From assembly GCA_019828565.1 (NCBI GenBank), contig JAHDYR010000062.1, positions 297,666 through 361,665 of the forward strand: 64,000 nt of DNA. Reading direction: 5' to 3'. Within the stretch, counting starts at the first letter, position 1; each line of letters opens with the position of its first letter. The notes beneath the pieces were generated by a model that was given only the letters and a program-made list of their open reading frames with translations, was not told the origin of the DNA and made no database searches. The DNA comes from Carpediemonas membranifera BICM. Its lineage: Eukaryota > Protista > Fornicata. The translations under genes were made by a program, and so were the position numbers. Below are positions 43,930-55,400 of this stretch, piece by piece.

Positions 43930-44664
43930 TTACTTCCTGATCATCTCCAGCTCGATAGAGCTCATACTGATGCCTCGCTTCGGCCCGAGGTCGACCTCAA
44001 GCCCACTCTGTTGAACGGCGAATGAAATGTCGCACTGGGACTCAGGACTCATCGTCGAGAGCTCAGAGTCGAACAGTGGGTCGTCAATGCAGTCCCAGCC
44101 GAGGCTGCCGTTCGACTCCGTGAGTGCGAGGGCAGGGAGGAAGGGACAGCCGTCGGTCTCGGGCAGAGAGCCGAGACGGCCGACGTCGGGAAGAGAGAAG
44201 GCCGATGCGTGCGCGTCATCGGCCATGAGGTCTTCAGCGAGTGAGGAGGGGATATGGTGGAGCGCCGCAACCCCGGCGTTCTCGTCGTTCAATGCTCCGA
44301 ACTGGATGGACTGCGTCGAAGGGAATACGGGCGCATTGGGCTGCTTGGTCAGGCTCAGAGACGAGCGGCGCCCCTTGTTTCGCAGGATTCCGGTGATCGG
44401 GGACGTCTTTGTGGAGAGGCCGGCAGATGACGATCGCCGGCCCTTCGTACGGCCGCGGAGCTTGTTGCGGTTACGTGTACGAGCGGATTGGGTCTTGGGA
44501 GTGTATGTTCCGTCATCATCGGTGTCAATCACGTCGCTTTCGAGCACTAGATCCTCCAGCAGCTCGGTGACGTCCGTTTGGGCAGATTTTGGAGTACGCT
44601 GGCGCTTAGGACGCTTTGGCGGTAGCTCTGCTGCCGGGGAAGTTGTTGTTAAAGACGTGGACAT
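43930..44664 (-). CDS. Hypothetical low-complexity protein with basic clusters
   Basis: ATG ORF from MSTSLTT, co-oriented with its neighbours. Confidence 0.6.
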   Translation of the reverse strand: MSTSLTTTSPAAELPPKRPKRQRTPKSAQTDVTELLEDLVLESDVIDTDDDGTYTPKTQSARTRNRNKLRGRTKGRRSSSAGLSTKTSPITGILRNKGRRSSLSLTKQPNAPVFPSTQSIQFGALNDENAGVAALHHIPSSLAEDLMADDAHASAFSLPDVGRLGSLPETDGCPFLPALALTESNGSLGWDCIDDPLFDSELSTMSPESQCDISFAVQQSGLEVDLGPKRGISMSSIELEMIRK

Positions 44665-44947
44665 GGTGATATAATAGTGGTGATTTCTTCGCGACCCGCC
44701 ACGACTCTGCGTGAATCTTTCAATATTTGTGAGATATGACTGCACATGTGATGGCGATATGCTTACCGTGGTAGGCGCGATATGGCAGGTATCCCTTGAA
44801 AACTAGGGGTATTTTCGACGTCTAGATGGCAACATCAGGGAGATAACATTTCAATCTCAGAGATTTAGTCGATCTCATAACCCCACACAGATATCGGAGT
44901 ACCCACCATTTATAATAGCATGCGTTAAATAACATCACTATCGCCAG

Positions 44948-46738
44948 CTACATCTGCGCGACAAACTCGTCGATCTCCGGTGTCAATAACTCCGATCGCC
45001 CAAGCACCTTGCCCGCCCGATCTGACACAGTGAAGACCAGCATCCCGACGACACCATCGCCGGACCCCACCGCGACCCTGACCTCGAGCACTGTGTCAAT
45101 GCCCGGCAAAAGCACGCTGATCGGCAGGAGCGGGTCCTTGATGGCCAGCGGAGGCCTGGCGGTGGCCATGCCGTCCGGGCCGTGGCACACGGTGCACAGG
45201 CTGAGTCCCCTGAGCGGCTTCCGGGCAGACACATGGACCCTAACGAGGAACGATGGTCCAAATCCCTCAATAGTCGTCCGGAGCCCAACCTGCGGCTTGA
45301 CCCCCGCCATGGTGTCCTCGGTCTGCTTCCTGGCCTTCACCCTCGTGCTGAGTGCCGCCAGCTTGAGCTGGAGCAGGTCTGTCTGGAACCCAAAGTACAT
45401 CTTGCTGGCAGCCTCGAGGTCTTTTTCCCGCGTGTAGGCGGATCTGAGTGCAGTCGTGTCGTCAATGATGCCGAGGGGCACATCCTGCGGATCAGATTCC
45501 ACGATCGACCCCATGGATCCGAGATCCGCAGATCTGTGCAGGATCTTGATATCTAGGGCCCCCGTATCTGTCACAGATACCAAGCAGTGGCTCTCCCGGG
45601 CAAAAGGCACCATCCGAATCCCCTTGACGGGGTTGGCCAGCTGCATGGTCGCGATGGGCTCGGCCCCTCTGAACATGCGCACCTCGCCTGACGCGAGGCA
45701 GAGCAGGAAGCCCTCCACCGATGCGGCGTCGAAGTGCTCTATGGCCACGATTGGGGCGGCCGTCTTGTACTGAGCCTCCCGCCGACCCCGGGCACTGTAG
45801 ACCGACAGCGTGCTGTCCGCGGTGGCGACGAAGATCTTGTTCCTGATCCGCACGACGTCTACAATGTCTGCCTCAGCTCTAATTACATTGGCGGAGATGC
45901 CCTGCTCCGTAATAGAGTAAATCGCCCGGTCCCTGCAAGGCACGGTCACACGGAACGCCACGGCCCTCGTCCCCGTCACGTGGAGCCGTATGGGCACCGA
46001 CTTCAGCTTGTAGTGGATGTCTGTCTCTCGGCAGGATGGCCCGAGGAGGTAAACGTCGCCACCCTCTGTCGCCACGATGATCTGCCCGAGCGGCTCGTGT
46101 TCGTTGATGGTGGCCGGGAGGACCGTGATGGCCGTGATCACTGGGACGGACCGGGCGATGCCGTCGGGATGGGCTGTGACAATCCCGCGGCGACTGTTGT
46201 CAAGGGTTTGGCCGTCGGGCACGGCGTCGAACATCGTCGTGGTGTCGGTTGCGTGCTGGGGCGCAGTAAGCATGCTCTCGCCCTGCGGCGAGATGCTGGA
46301 GCCCGAGTTGCGGAGGTCGACGAGCTCCTGACAGCCCTCGAGCATCGTCAGGCCCCCGCCGACGAGACGGCGCCAGATGTCCTGCTCTTGTTCGGTGGGC
46401 TGGAACGGGGGCAGACAGAACTTGGAGTGGGGCTTCAGAACGCCTTTGACGGGCTTGTATACGAAGATGGCCGTCCCCGCTGCGATGGCGATGGCCAAGG
46501 AGCGGGACTTGTCCACGCCCTCGAGCCTGAATGAGACTACACCGGACGGGGTTCCCAGAATTTCGTGCTCAGCAACAACTTTGGCGCCGCGGTATACCCG
46601 AAGCGTCCTATTGCGGCTGGCGATAAGAAGGCGGTGATCCCCGTCGCCATACAAGTCTGCGGACTCAATACAGGACGAGATGGCATCTAGGTTTTCAATA
46701 GGATCATAGAATGCGTCCAGGAATGGAGTCATCCGCAC
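44948..46738 (-). CDS. BBS1: BBSome subunit BBS1
   Basis: N-terminal FLDAFYDP..N....SCIESADLYGDGDHRLLIA, KPHSKFCLP, FARESHCL and GALDIKIL.R.A motifs. Confidence 0.9.
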   Translation of the reverse strand: MRMTPFLDAFYDPIENLDAISSCIESADLYGDGDHRLLIASRNRTLRVYRGAKVVAEHEILGTPSGVVSFRLEGVDKSRSLAIAIAAGTAIFVYKPVKGVLKPHSKFCLPPFQPTEQEQDIWRRLVGGGLTMLEGCQELVDLRNSGSSISPQGESMLTAPQHATDTTTMFDAVPDGQTLDNSRRGIVTAHPDGIARSVPVITAITVLPATINEHEPLGQIIVATEGGDVYLLGPSCRETDIHYKLKSVPIRLHVTGTRAVAFRVTVPCRDRAIYSITEQGISANVIRAEADIVDVVRIRNKIFVATADSTLSVYSARGRREAQYKTAAPIVAIEHFDAASVEGFLLCLASGEVRMFRGAEPIATMQLANPVKGIRMVPFARESHCLVSVTDTGALDIKILHRSADLGSMGSIVESDPQDVPLGIIDDTTALRSAYTREKDLEAASKMYFGFQTDLLQLKLAALSTRVKARKQTEDTMAGVKPQVGLRTTIEGFGPSFLVRVHVSARKPLRGLSLCTVCHGPDGMATARPPLAIKDPLLPISVLLPGIDTVLEVRVAVGSGDGVVGMLVFTVSDRAGKVLGRSELLTPEIDEFVAQM

Positions 46739-47036
46739 GCTTCTTGTGGAACAGACGCGATTGGAGCTGAAAGGATGGTGCAGAATATGTCAGAGGACGT
46801 GTGCCCCAGCCCAGGTGCAATACTGCTTGGCTGCGTGGTGCATGATGTGAACCTAGGCTGGGCTTAGGGTTAGGGGTTGAACACCCATGAAAATTGAGTT
46901 TGAGATTTCTTAGAGTTGCTAGTGCTCAATATAACCACACGACGGCAGCGTGACTGTGATGGTTGACAGGTGGTCTAGGCCTAACCTACAATTTCTTCCG
47001 CTGGTCCTGACTATCAGTTTTTATTCACTAACTCGC

Positions 47037-48885
47037 TCACTTCCTGAGCCAGCAGACGCCGTAGCGGCCCAGCTTGACCATACCATCACCATTCACTGCG
47101 TTCTTAGCGAAAAGCACTATGCCCTTCGCCTCCACGCTGACTTCGCCCACGCTGTAGTTCATGAGGCACACGCTGCCCCCCCTTTCCACCATCAGCACGT
47201 GGCCACCGACCTGCTTGAGTTCAGCGCGGCCTGTAAGGTTGCCGCGGGTGGCGATGAGCTGCTTGAGAGTCCCGTAGCAGAACGCTGTCCATGAGTCCGG
47301 GTCAGCGCGCTCAGACCTGACCTGCCCCCAGTCGATGGAGGCGCGGCACAGGTAGCGGCTATCGACCTCGGCCTCAGGGGTGACTGGGCTATTGCCCATC
47401 CCGAACTCATCGCCCATGTAAATCATGGGAATGCCGGGCAGCGAGAGCTGGACTGCAATGGCGAGGGTCCACCAGTCGCGGTCGTTCTTGAGGAGGCAGG
47501 CCAGACGAGCAGAGATGCCTTCGACGATCTCCCGCCCCTCGCTGTCTTCGGTTACCCGGAACTTCCACGAGGGGTCCTGTAGGAACACGGTGGTCACGTC
47601 GTCTCGGATCTGAGGGGTGACCGCGACCTTCTCGAGCGTCAGCTCGTCGTGGCACCGAAGCATAGCAACCCAGGTAGCATCGGGGCGGGCGAGGCCGGCG
47701 ACCTCGTTCCACGTGTCGATGAGGGTGGCAGGGCTCTGTGTGGCGAGAGCGTGCCACATTCGGGTCAAGGCGGGGAAGTTGTACGCCGCGTGGCACTCTG
47801 GGGGCGCACCGGGCTTGCCGAGGTACTTGGCGACCTCTTCGAACTCCTGGTTCGACTCGCAAAAGCAAGAGGAGAGCGTCGTCGGCCGGGCGGAGGGCGT
47901 CTGCGATGGCGCGCCACAGCTGGACGATGATGTGGGTCCCGGACTCGTTCTCACACACCCAGTCCCTCTCGTGCGTCTTCTGGCGGTCGACCTTCCACAG
48001 GTAGGGAAGGGCGTCGAGACGAAGCCCGCCTACACCAGCGTGTGCCCAGAAGGCGATGATCTTGACACTTTCGAGGAGTACAGCGGGGTTGTGGTAGTTC
48101 AGGTCAGGCTGCTCCGTCTTGAACCGGTGCAGATAGAAGTACGGCGTCTCGCCCACCCGAGCCCAGTTGGACGGCTCGAACGAGAAGATCCTACGGACAT
48201 TGGGCTCATCGTAGGCGGGGCTAGTGGGGTAGCCGGGGCCCCTGTGTGTAGTCCAGATGAAGAAGTTGAAGGGGTGGGCCGGATCGGCGGGGAGGGGAGT
48301 GCCCTCAGTGACGTGGGCGTTGATGGCCGCAACAGCAGTCTCAAACCACTCGTGCTGCACAGAGCAGTGGTTCAGTGCCACGTCAAAGAGTACACGCATA
48401 CCCCGCTCCCGTGCGGCGGCGAGGAAGGCGGTGAAGGTCTCGGTGTTCCCCTCCTTGTCGCCAGGGTCGCGGAAGAGAGAGGGGCGGATGCGGGTATAGT
48501 CCTTGATGTCAAAGCCGCCGTCTGCACCGCCGTCGTCGAGGATAGGGAGCAGGTGAAGCAGGCTGACGCCCATCTCGGGTAGGGTGGAGTCCTCGGCGTC
48601 GAGGAGCTCCTTGAGGCCGTCAAACGTGCCACAGAACTTATCCACGTACATGGAGTAGCCAACAGCCGTCTTGTACCATGCATTCTCCTCAGAAGTGCCC
48701 TCTGCGGCCTCTACTATGCCTGACTTCTTCACTTCGTCGATAATCTTGGCAAGGAACGACGTCTTGACGTCATCAGAGAAGTCAGGGCAATCTTTGTACA
48801 AGTTGTTGTAGAAGTTCGTTACTTTGCTGACCAATTCGTCCGTTCCCGTCATGATGGGCGAACTTCTTGTGTTTTTCGACTCCAT
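47037..48885 (-). CDS. treS: GH13 trehalose synthase/amylosucrase-like enzyme (one +1 break at 47861-47864)
   Basis: DGGFDIKDY, LNHCSVQHEWF, YLHRF..QPDLNY, catalytic LRLDALPYLWK, CESNQ, LRCHDELTLE and LPGIPMIYMGDE. Confidence 0.85.
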
Positions 48886-49931
48886 TCAACGATCGTCAAC
48901 GCGAATCTGCAGATAAAATCTGGAACCATCACACCCAAGGAACCTGATTTACGTGCGGGGTGACTGGGGTTGCGCAATACATTGCCCCGCATGTAAAAAC
49001 GGACAATGTCGGCGACTGGCGCAAGACTGTGAACAAGTCATACGAGTGAAGCGAGTAATCAAGTATTCAGGCCTTAATAGCTAGGCGTGCTTGTCCGGCC
49101 TGGTCCTTCCAGCAGGAAGGTCTCAATGCAGAGGGCAGAGTTGGCATGCTGAATTTCAGACGAAAATGACCCCCCATGGGTGTGACTCACAGATGGGGCC
49201 CCACGCCGCGGGTTGCCCTCCCGCATACACTCGCCAACCCCAGCAGCTGCGGGGGTCGTCCAAGTGCATCATCTAGGCTCAATGTCCTAGGTCCATCTGA
49301 TGTCGCGCGGCAGTCTCACAGTCTGCGCGCTCCTAGCTAGAAGCCGGGTTCCGCGCCGTACAAAGTGGCGCGGATGTCCCGGTGTGCAGCAAGGGCCGAG
49401 GCCAATGCATTGCCACGGGTCCGAAGACGCCGTGGTGCACAGCTAGGATGTAACATCATATGATGGTGGCGGGCTTACCTTGTTGCCGCTCCAGGGTCCC
49501 GTCGGCGCACCTGATTGATGTTGTTTAGTTCGGCACTATAGAGTGGCTTACACATGCTCTAAGTGACAGGTTGGAATCTATCCACGTAGATAGAACAATA
49601 AGCACGAATTCGGCGCCATGAATCAGGAGTTCTCCTCCCATGCTTTGTCCTCGCGATTTTGCATGAAAAAAAGGCGCCTGAAAGACGGGTCAAGGATCGT
49701 TGTAGCAGTCTAGAATCGTGGTCGGGAAGAAGCTGTGCCGCCCGTGGTAATAATTGATGGCCCTTGATCTCGAAAGGGACTTTTGACTTCCGTTGATTCT
49801 CGTGTCACTAGAAAATCGGAAAAGTCAGAAGGGAAAGTTTGAGTTCTATGCCAGGCTCTGGTGCGACTGAGTCGAGTTCTGCTCTTGGTCCAGGCTCTTT
49901 CCGATGCGCACTTTAGGCGCAACAAATTGTA

Positions 49932-51719
49932 ATGACGACCGAAGAGAAGAAGAGCGAGAAGTTCACAAGTGATATCCAGCACGCTCTCTTGCTTACCAAG
50001 CTCGAGGCTCAGGACAAGACGATTCACGCTCAAATGGAGGAACTTGCAGAGGCTCACGGTTTAATCGCCGAGCTTGAGGCCATGATTGAGTCCAATCCGA
50101 GCATTCTAATCGGACAAGAGACGGTGCTATCTGAGCTTGATCGCCTGGCTACTGCCAATGCCACCCTTCGCGACGAAATTCGTGAACTGAAAGACGAGCT
50201 TCAGCATTCCAAACGCACCATCCGGGACGCCAACAGAATCACCGCTCGCTCCCTGAAGCAACAGGAGATGGAGTTCAACGAGGTTGTTTCCCAGCTGAAA
50301 CGCACCCATCAGCAGGAACTCGTGCTTCTGAAGAAGGACTACAACAGCGCCCTGTCCGAGGCCAAGCACGACATGGCGATCCTCAAGCAGGAGAACAAGG
50401 CCAGATCCCGCCAGTTCGGCGCCATGACAATGGTTTCTCCAATAATCAGCCCCCGTCTCCGCAAAAGGTCCGGCTCTGCCTCTGCCACCGCACGCCCGAG
50501 GATCCGCACCCCCAGAGCTGAGGAAATGTCTCCGGAGACACCCCTGGTGAGCTACCAGCCCGACCCCGAGACTGGGATGTACTCCATTGGCCCCATTCCC
50601 GAGACGGCCGAGCCCCAGTCCCCTCTGGTACACTCAACCGAGCTGGACAGCGTAGAGCCCGAGGAAGCCAGAAAGCCTGAAGCCACGACAGAACCCGTGG
50701 CCGATGAGGTTGAGGACGACTCCTCCAAGTCCACCCAGCTCGCAGTCGAGGAGGAGGTCGAGGTTGTCGACGAACCGATGCTTCATCCGCCCCACGGCCT
50801 GACGCCATCCCACAGCAGCATGAACATCCGCTCCCAGGCCGAGGCTGAGGCAGACGCTGGTGTACCCACCCCGGTTGCTGAGGGTGCCGAGCCCGAGGTC
50901 GACCGGTCGCCCTCTCCGATCCCCTCTCTCACCCCCTCCGTCGAGCCCGATGAGCCCGAGCTGCACGCTCAGGCCTCGGTCGGTCGACTGAGCACGGTGT
51001 CGTCGCTCAAGAGCCTCGTAGGCGACATCAGCCCGCGGATGTCTGTCGAGCCTGGCCGGGACGAGACTGTGCCAGTCGACGACAAGCCCACTCAGCACTC
51101 CCCTCTTGCTGGTGACGCCGCTGGGGCTGAACCCGAGGTCGAGCCCGAGGCAGAAGCTGTCAAAGAAACCGCTCCCATCGAGGAGCCCGCCGCTGAACCC
51201 GAAGTCGAAGAGATCCAGCCTGCTGAAGTCAAACCTGATGAGGTCAAGGCTGAGGAACCCGCCCCGGAAGAACCCGCCCCCGAGGAGCCCGAGACGGCCC
51301 ACACCCCTGGTCCCGCGCCCCCGCAGCTTGAGCCGAGCCCAGTTAACTCGGCCGAGGTCACACCCAGCTTCCACACGGTGGATCACAGAGAGGAGAGCGT
51401 CGGACCCGTCGGTGAGGCCATCGCTGAGAACCGCGAGGGCGACGAGCAGCTTGCCGTGGATGTCCCTGAAAGTGCAGATGAGACTGCGACTGATGTGACG
51501 ATCTCAAGATCTGCCTCTGTATCTACTATATCCGGGAAGAAGAAGCACCGGAGCAAGAGCAGAGAGGGTCATGTCCATAAGAAGGACAAGAAGGAGAAGA
51601 AGTCGAAGGATGGCAAGGAGACCAAGGAAGAAAAGAAGGCTCGGAAGGAAAAGAAGAGAGAGAAGAAGGAGAAGAAGAGCAAGAAGGACAAGAAGGGGGC
51701 TGTCGCGGATGCTGAGTAG
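49932..51719 (+). CDS. Coiled-coil protein with long acidic Pro/Glu region and Lys/Glu tail
   Basis: 595-aa ORF with heptad-rich N-terminus and KKEKK tail. Confidence 0.8.
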   Translation: MTTEEKKSEKFTSDIQHALLLTKLEAQDKTIHAQMEELAEAHGLIAELEAMIESNPSILIGQETVLSELDRLATANATLRDEIRELKDELQHSKRTIRDANRITARSLKQQEMEFNEVVSQLKRTHQQELVLLKKDYNSALSEAKHDMAILKQENKARSRQFGAMTMVSPIISPRLRKRSGSASATARPRIRTPRAEEMSPETPLVSYQPDPETGMYSIGPIPETAEPQSPLVHSTELDSVEPEEARKPEATTEPVADEVEDDSSKSTQLAVEEEVEVVDEPMLHPPHGLTPSHSSMNIRSQAEAEADAGVPTPVAEGAEPEVDRSPSPIPSLTPSVEPDEPELHAQASVGRLSTVSSLKSLVGDISPRMSVEPGRDETVPVDDKPTQHSPLAGDAAGAEPEVEPEAEAVKETAPIEEPAAEPEVEEIQPAEVKPDEVKAEEPAPEEPAPEEPETAHTPGPAPPQLEPSPVNSAEVTPSFHTVDHREESVGPVGEAIAENREGDEQLAVDVPESADETATDVTISRSASVSTISGKKKHRSKSREGHVHKKDKKEKKSKDGKETKEEKKARKEKKREKKEKKSKKDKKGAVADAE

Positions 51720-52426
51720 TGCTGTATAAAGTAACGTGTTATTCGGCTGATGATCAGCTCGATGGTCTGACGGCAATCAATCAACAAGATTATTCAAGAT
51801 TATTCACACTTGGCTCAACACTGGAACAGAAAGACCAAGTCCGGTCGGCGCCCGTGTGAGTTCGGTTGATCGTCGTCAGCAATCAGTCGACCGGTGCATG
51901 AGTTCATTCTTCTTTTCTTCTTGTCTATCTAATCTTATCTAATCTTGGTGTTGCGGGTCGGCACCTGATCATTTATTGCGGATGGGCGACTTCGGATCTG
52001 GACGGGAGTGCAGTGAACCGCGAAGCCAAGCAGGAAGAATCCAAGGATCCACTTCTTCAAGCGGAGACGATGTGAGGTGGCTGTCACTGACCGAGGCTTT
52101 TTTTCACAACGCAGGCCACGACCTGTCGAAGACGCTCAATGCCAGATGGCCGGTTTGTACCCTGAGCCTGGCTTGACGTTCGTCAACCTGCACCTGATGT
52201 AGATTCGGAGTAATTGGCCGGCTTTGTATTTGGCGATTCTGTTAGCGCTGAACTGAACTCAATCGGATCGTCAAGCTTATCCTATTGTGTGAAGCGCGTT
52301 CCGATTTTCTATATCTAACCGACCTCGTCAAGTCGACCATGGAATTACCTTACCATAAAAATTCGACGAGAGATTCGACTTTAGCCTGCCGAAAATGAAT
52401 AAATAAACTAAAATCTTTACCACGCA

Positions 52427-55400
52427 TCACTGCGCCCACGGCGCCTTAGTATCCTTGATGGGCCTTGCCCTCATTAGCTTGATCTCGGCGTCCGGCCCCA
52501 CCATCAGCATCGAGGGCCAAACACCGTTCCTGTACACCCAGCCCGGGGCCCCAGGGTCGTCGCACGCGTACCCGTCATATGTATCAGTCACCACAAGGTC
52601 CTGCGCATACCGCGGGGTGACAGGTGTGCTCTCCTCACGCCGATTGAGCTGGGCAGCGTCGATGTCGACCCGCACTGAGTGATGCTGCCGGTCGAGTACG
52701 ACGCACCACCGCCCCTTGCCGCCCCTCAGCTCGGCGGGCTCTCTGTGACGGGGCAGGTAGGCCCGCACCATTGGCAGGGAAAGGTTTGACAGGGCAGTCT
52801 TGAGATCATCGGGGATGGCTTCAGTGGCGACGTACATGTCTTTGAGCACGGGCAGGCGGGGGACGGTGATGTAGTAGAGCCCTACGTTCGGGTCAGGTCG
52901 GTCAGAGAGCGGCCGGGACCCCATAAGTCTCTTGTGGAGCGACCGACTCTCCTGCCTCAGCTCGGACTTGGCCTTTGTAAATGTCATGGGCTCTGTAAAC
53001 CACGAGGGGAGGCCCGTGCCGGGTGTCCAGGGTGCGAGTGACCGATAGAGACCATACGAGAGGGCTGGCCGGGCGGTGAACTGGGCCTGGAGCTTGTGGT
53101 GGACGTAACAGAAGCCCAGGGCGACCCTGAACGACGTGTCTTCGGAGGGGAACCCCTGAGAGTCAACGCTCTTGCCCTTGGTCGGCCGCATGAGCATTGC
53201 CTTGGGGCCAAGAGAGTTAGCGAAGAAGTACCGAAGATGATGCACGGTCCAGCCCGGCGTCATGGGGTGGACGTGCTTGCATATCTGCCTCGACATGACA
53301 AAAGGGATGGTGTACTTGTCATCAACCTTTTCCTCGGGGATAAACTGCCCGTCGACGAAGTCAAGCGACGGATATCTGTCGAGGAAGCCGCATACCTCGG
53401 GTCTTTCGAACTCGACGACCGACTGCTGTGACCCTGGAAGGTCGCGTGCATCCTTGGGGCACGTCGAGCCCGGCGCCCAGCCCTGGAAAGCAGCCGAGTC
53501 GAGCACACGGTCAGTGCGGCCAGACTTGCCGATGCGGGACCGTATGAGGCAAATATTGAAGGCCATCATCGCAGTTTCTCTCATGCCGCGGACATTGAGT
53601 GTGAGCGGATTGCCCTTCTTGATGTTTGTGAGGACCACGTCGCCCGGGTAAAGCTGCTCGGCGATGGTGCCGCATACAAGGGTACAGTGCATACGCTCGA
53701 TGACCAGCGGTGTGACGGGCACGATAAAGGCGACGGGCGGTTGGTCTTCGTGGATGGTCTCTACGGCCGCAACGACGCCTTCGACAGCAGTGGTCTGGCC
53801 CTCGACGATGGGCAGCGCGCTGTCAAACTCGGCTGTGTCAATCGCACCCTCTGAATCGGTCTGCAGCTTGAGGATGTCACCGGGTTTGATTGGCAGGGGA
53901 GAGGAGATTTGGGCGATCGGATACGTAGTGCCCAGGCCGTTAGGGAGCACGATATCGGCATGCTGGGAGCTGAGTCCGCGGACAATGCATGTGGTGATGC
54001 TTTCCCGAGGCAACACGACCCATGCGAGCGGGTGGACGTCAGCCTTAACCGAGTACAGCTGGCCTGACACGAAACCAGCGGGGTTAGGCCTGGCAGAGGG
54101 CACAGGGGCGACCTCGAATGCCACTGCGAGGGAGGTGAGGTCGGAAACCTGCAGCGCCTCCGCAGTGGCTGCGACAGTGGGGCCGCGCCACATGACGATG
54201 ACGGGGCCGTCTGCTGTGGTGGTTCGGATGAAGGCGAGGCCGAGTCCGACTGCGCAATGGACTACGATGCCGCGGTGGACACCCTTGTCGGTGATACGGA
54301 GGCAGGCGCGGCGGGGCGGGTCGAACGTCGCCTGGCGATGCTGGTGCTTGGCCGGAGCAGGCTTGGCGGGCTGCGTCTGCTTCACGGGCTTGGCCTTCTT
54401 GGGCTTGACGAGCTGCACGTGGTGGACGATATGGTAGACCTCCCCTGACTCTCTTATGAAGAAGTGCCGGCCGTGCACCTGATACGAGAGCCTTGCACCC
54501 ACGTCAAACTGCTTGTCGTCAGACCTGAAGCTGACCACCGTCGGGCCACTGCGGGGTCCCACGGATCCAGTGACGATGTAGTGCACCCTCTGCCTGTCTT
54601 CCTTACCCACGTCAACCACAACACCCTCGAACTTGACGCCGTCCATGTCTGCCAGCTTCCACAGCACAACGGGTTCTCTGTGGTTGTACGAGCCGACTGT
54701 CGAGCCGTATCCGTCCCGCCCTATCCTGCGAACTTGGGCGCTTACCAGGGAGCCGGGCGGTATGGAGTCTGGGACAGAGACGCCGTTGATGCCGGGGAGG
54801 CCGTCCAGGGTGATGGGACGGCGGAGATAGAACCTGGTGGCGTCCGTGTCGTCGCGTTGGTGGCCCTTGGCGTTCGGCATGACAAAGACGATAGTCTCAG
54901 CCTCACCGGCCTCTGGGCGCCCGAGTACCTCGACAAGCTCGGCCTTTGAGGCGTATGGCAGGCCAGCCATCGGGGTGACACTGAGTGAGCATAGCACGCC
55001 GAGAGAGAGGGCGGGGGCGACCGCCGAGGGGACGGTGGCGAAGGCCGTGTACCAGGTCTCGGGCTCGGTCGAGTAGGGACCGATGGCACCGGTGCTGGGC
55101 AGCGGGGAAGTGGTGCAGGTGAACATGGCGACGTGGACTCCGCCCGCACGCTCGCGGCTGAGGAATCTGACCGCACCGATCGTCGTCTGGCCTGGGGAAC
55201 CGGGCTGGGCTGGGGCGCCCAGCGTCTGGACCGGCACGGGGGCCGGAGCTGGGGCAGGGGCAGCGGGCTGAGTGGTCGGCTCGGGGGTGGGCTCGGGCGT
55301 GACTTCGGCAGGCTCGGCGGCCTCCTCCTCGACCACCTCGGGTCGGACAGGCAGCGGAGGCGAGGGCATCATGGGCACCATCGGCTCGAGCTGCAGCTCG

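Noticed and set aside
46864-46875. Telomeric repeat (TTAGGG)2
   Set aside because: Only two units; compatible with chance or a promoter motif.
49090-49400. RNase P/MRP-like or other structured RNA (GGAAGGTCTC, GC-rich stems)
   Set aside because: I could not find the matching P4 partner strand; a covariance search would be needed.
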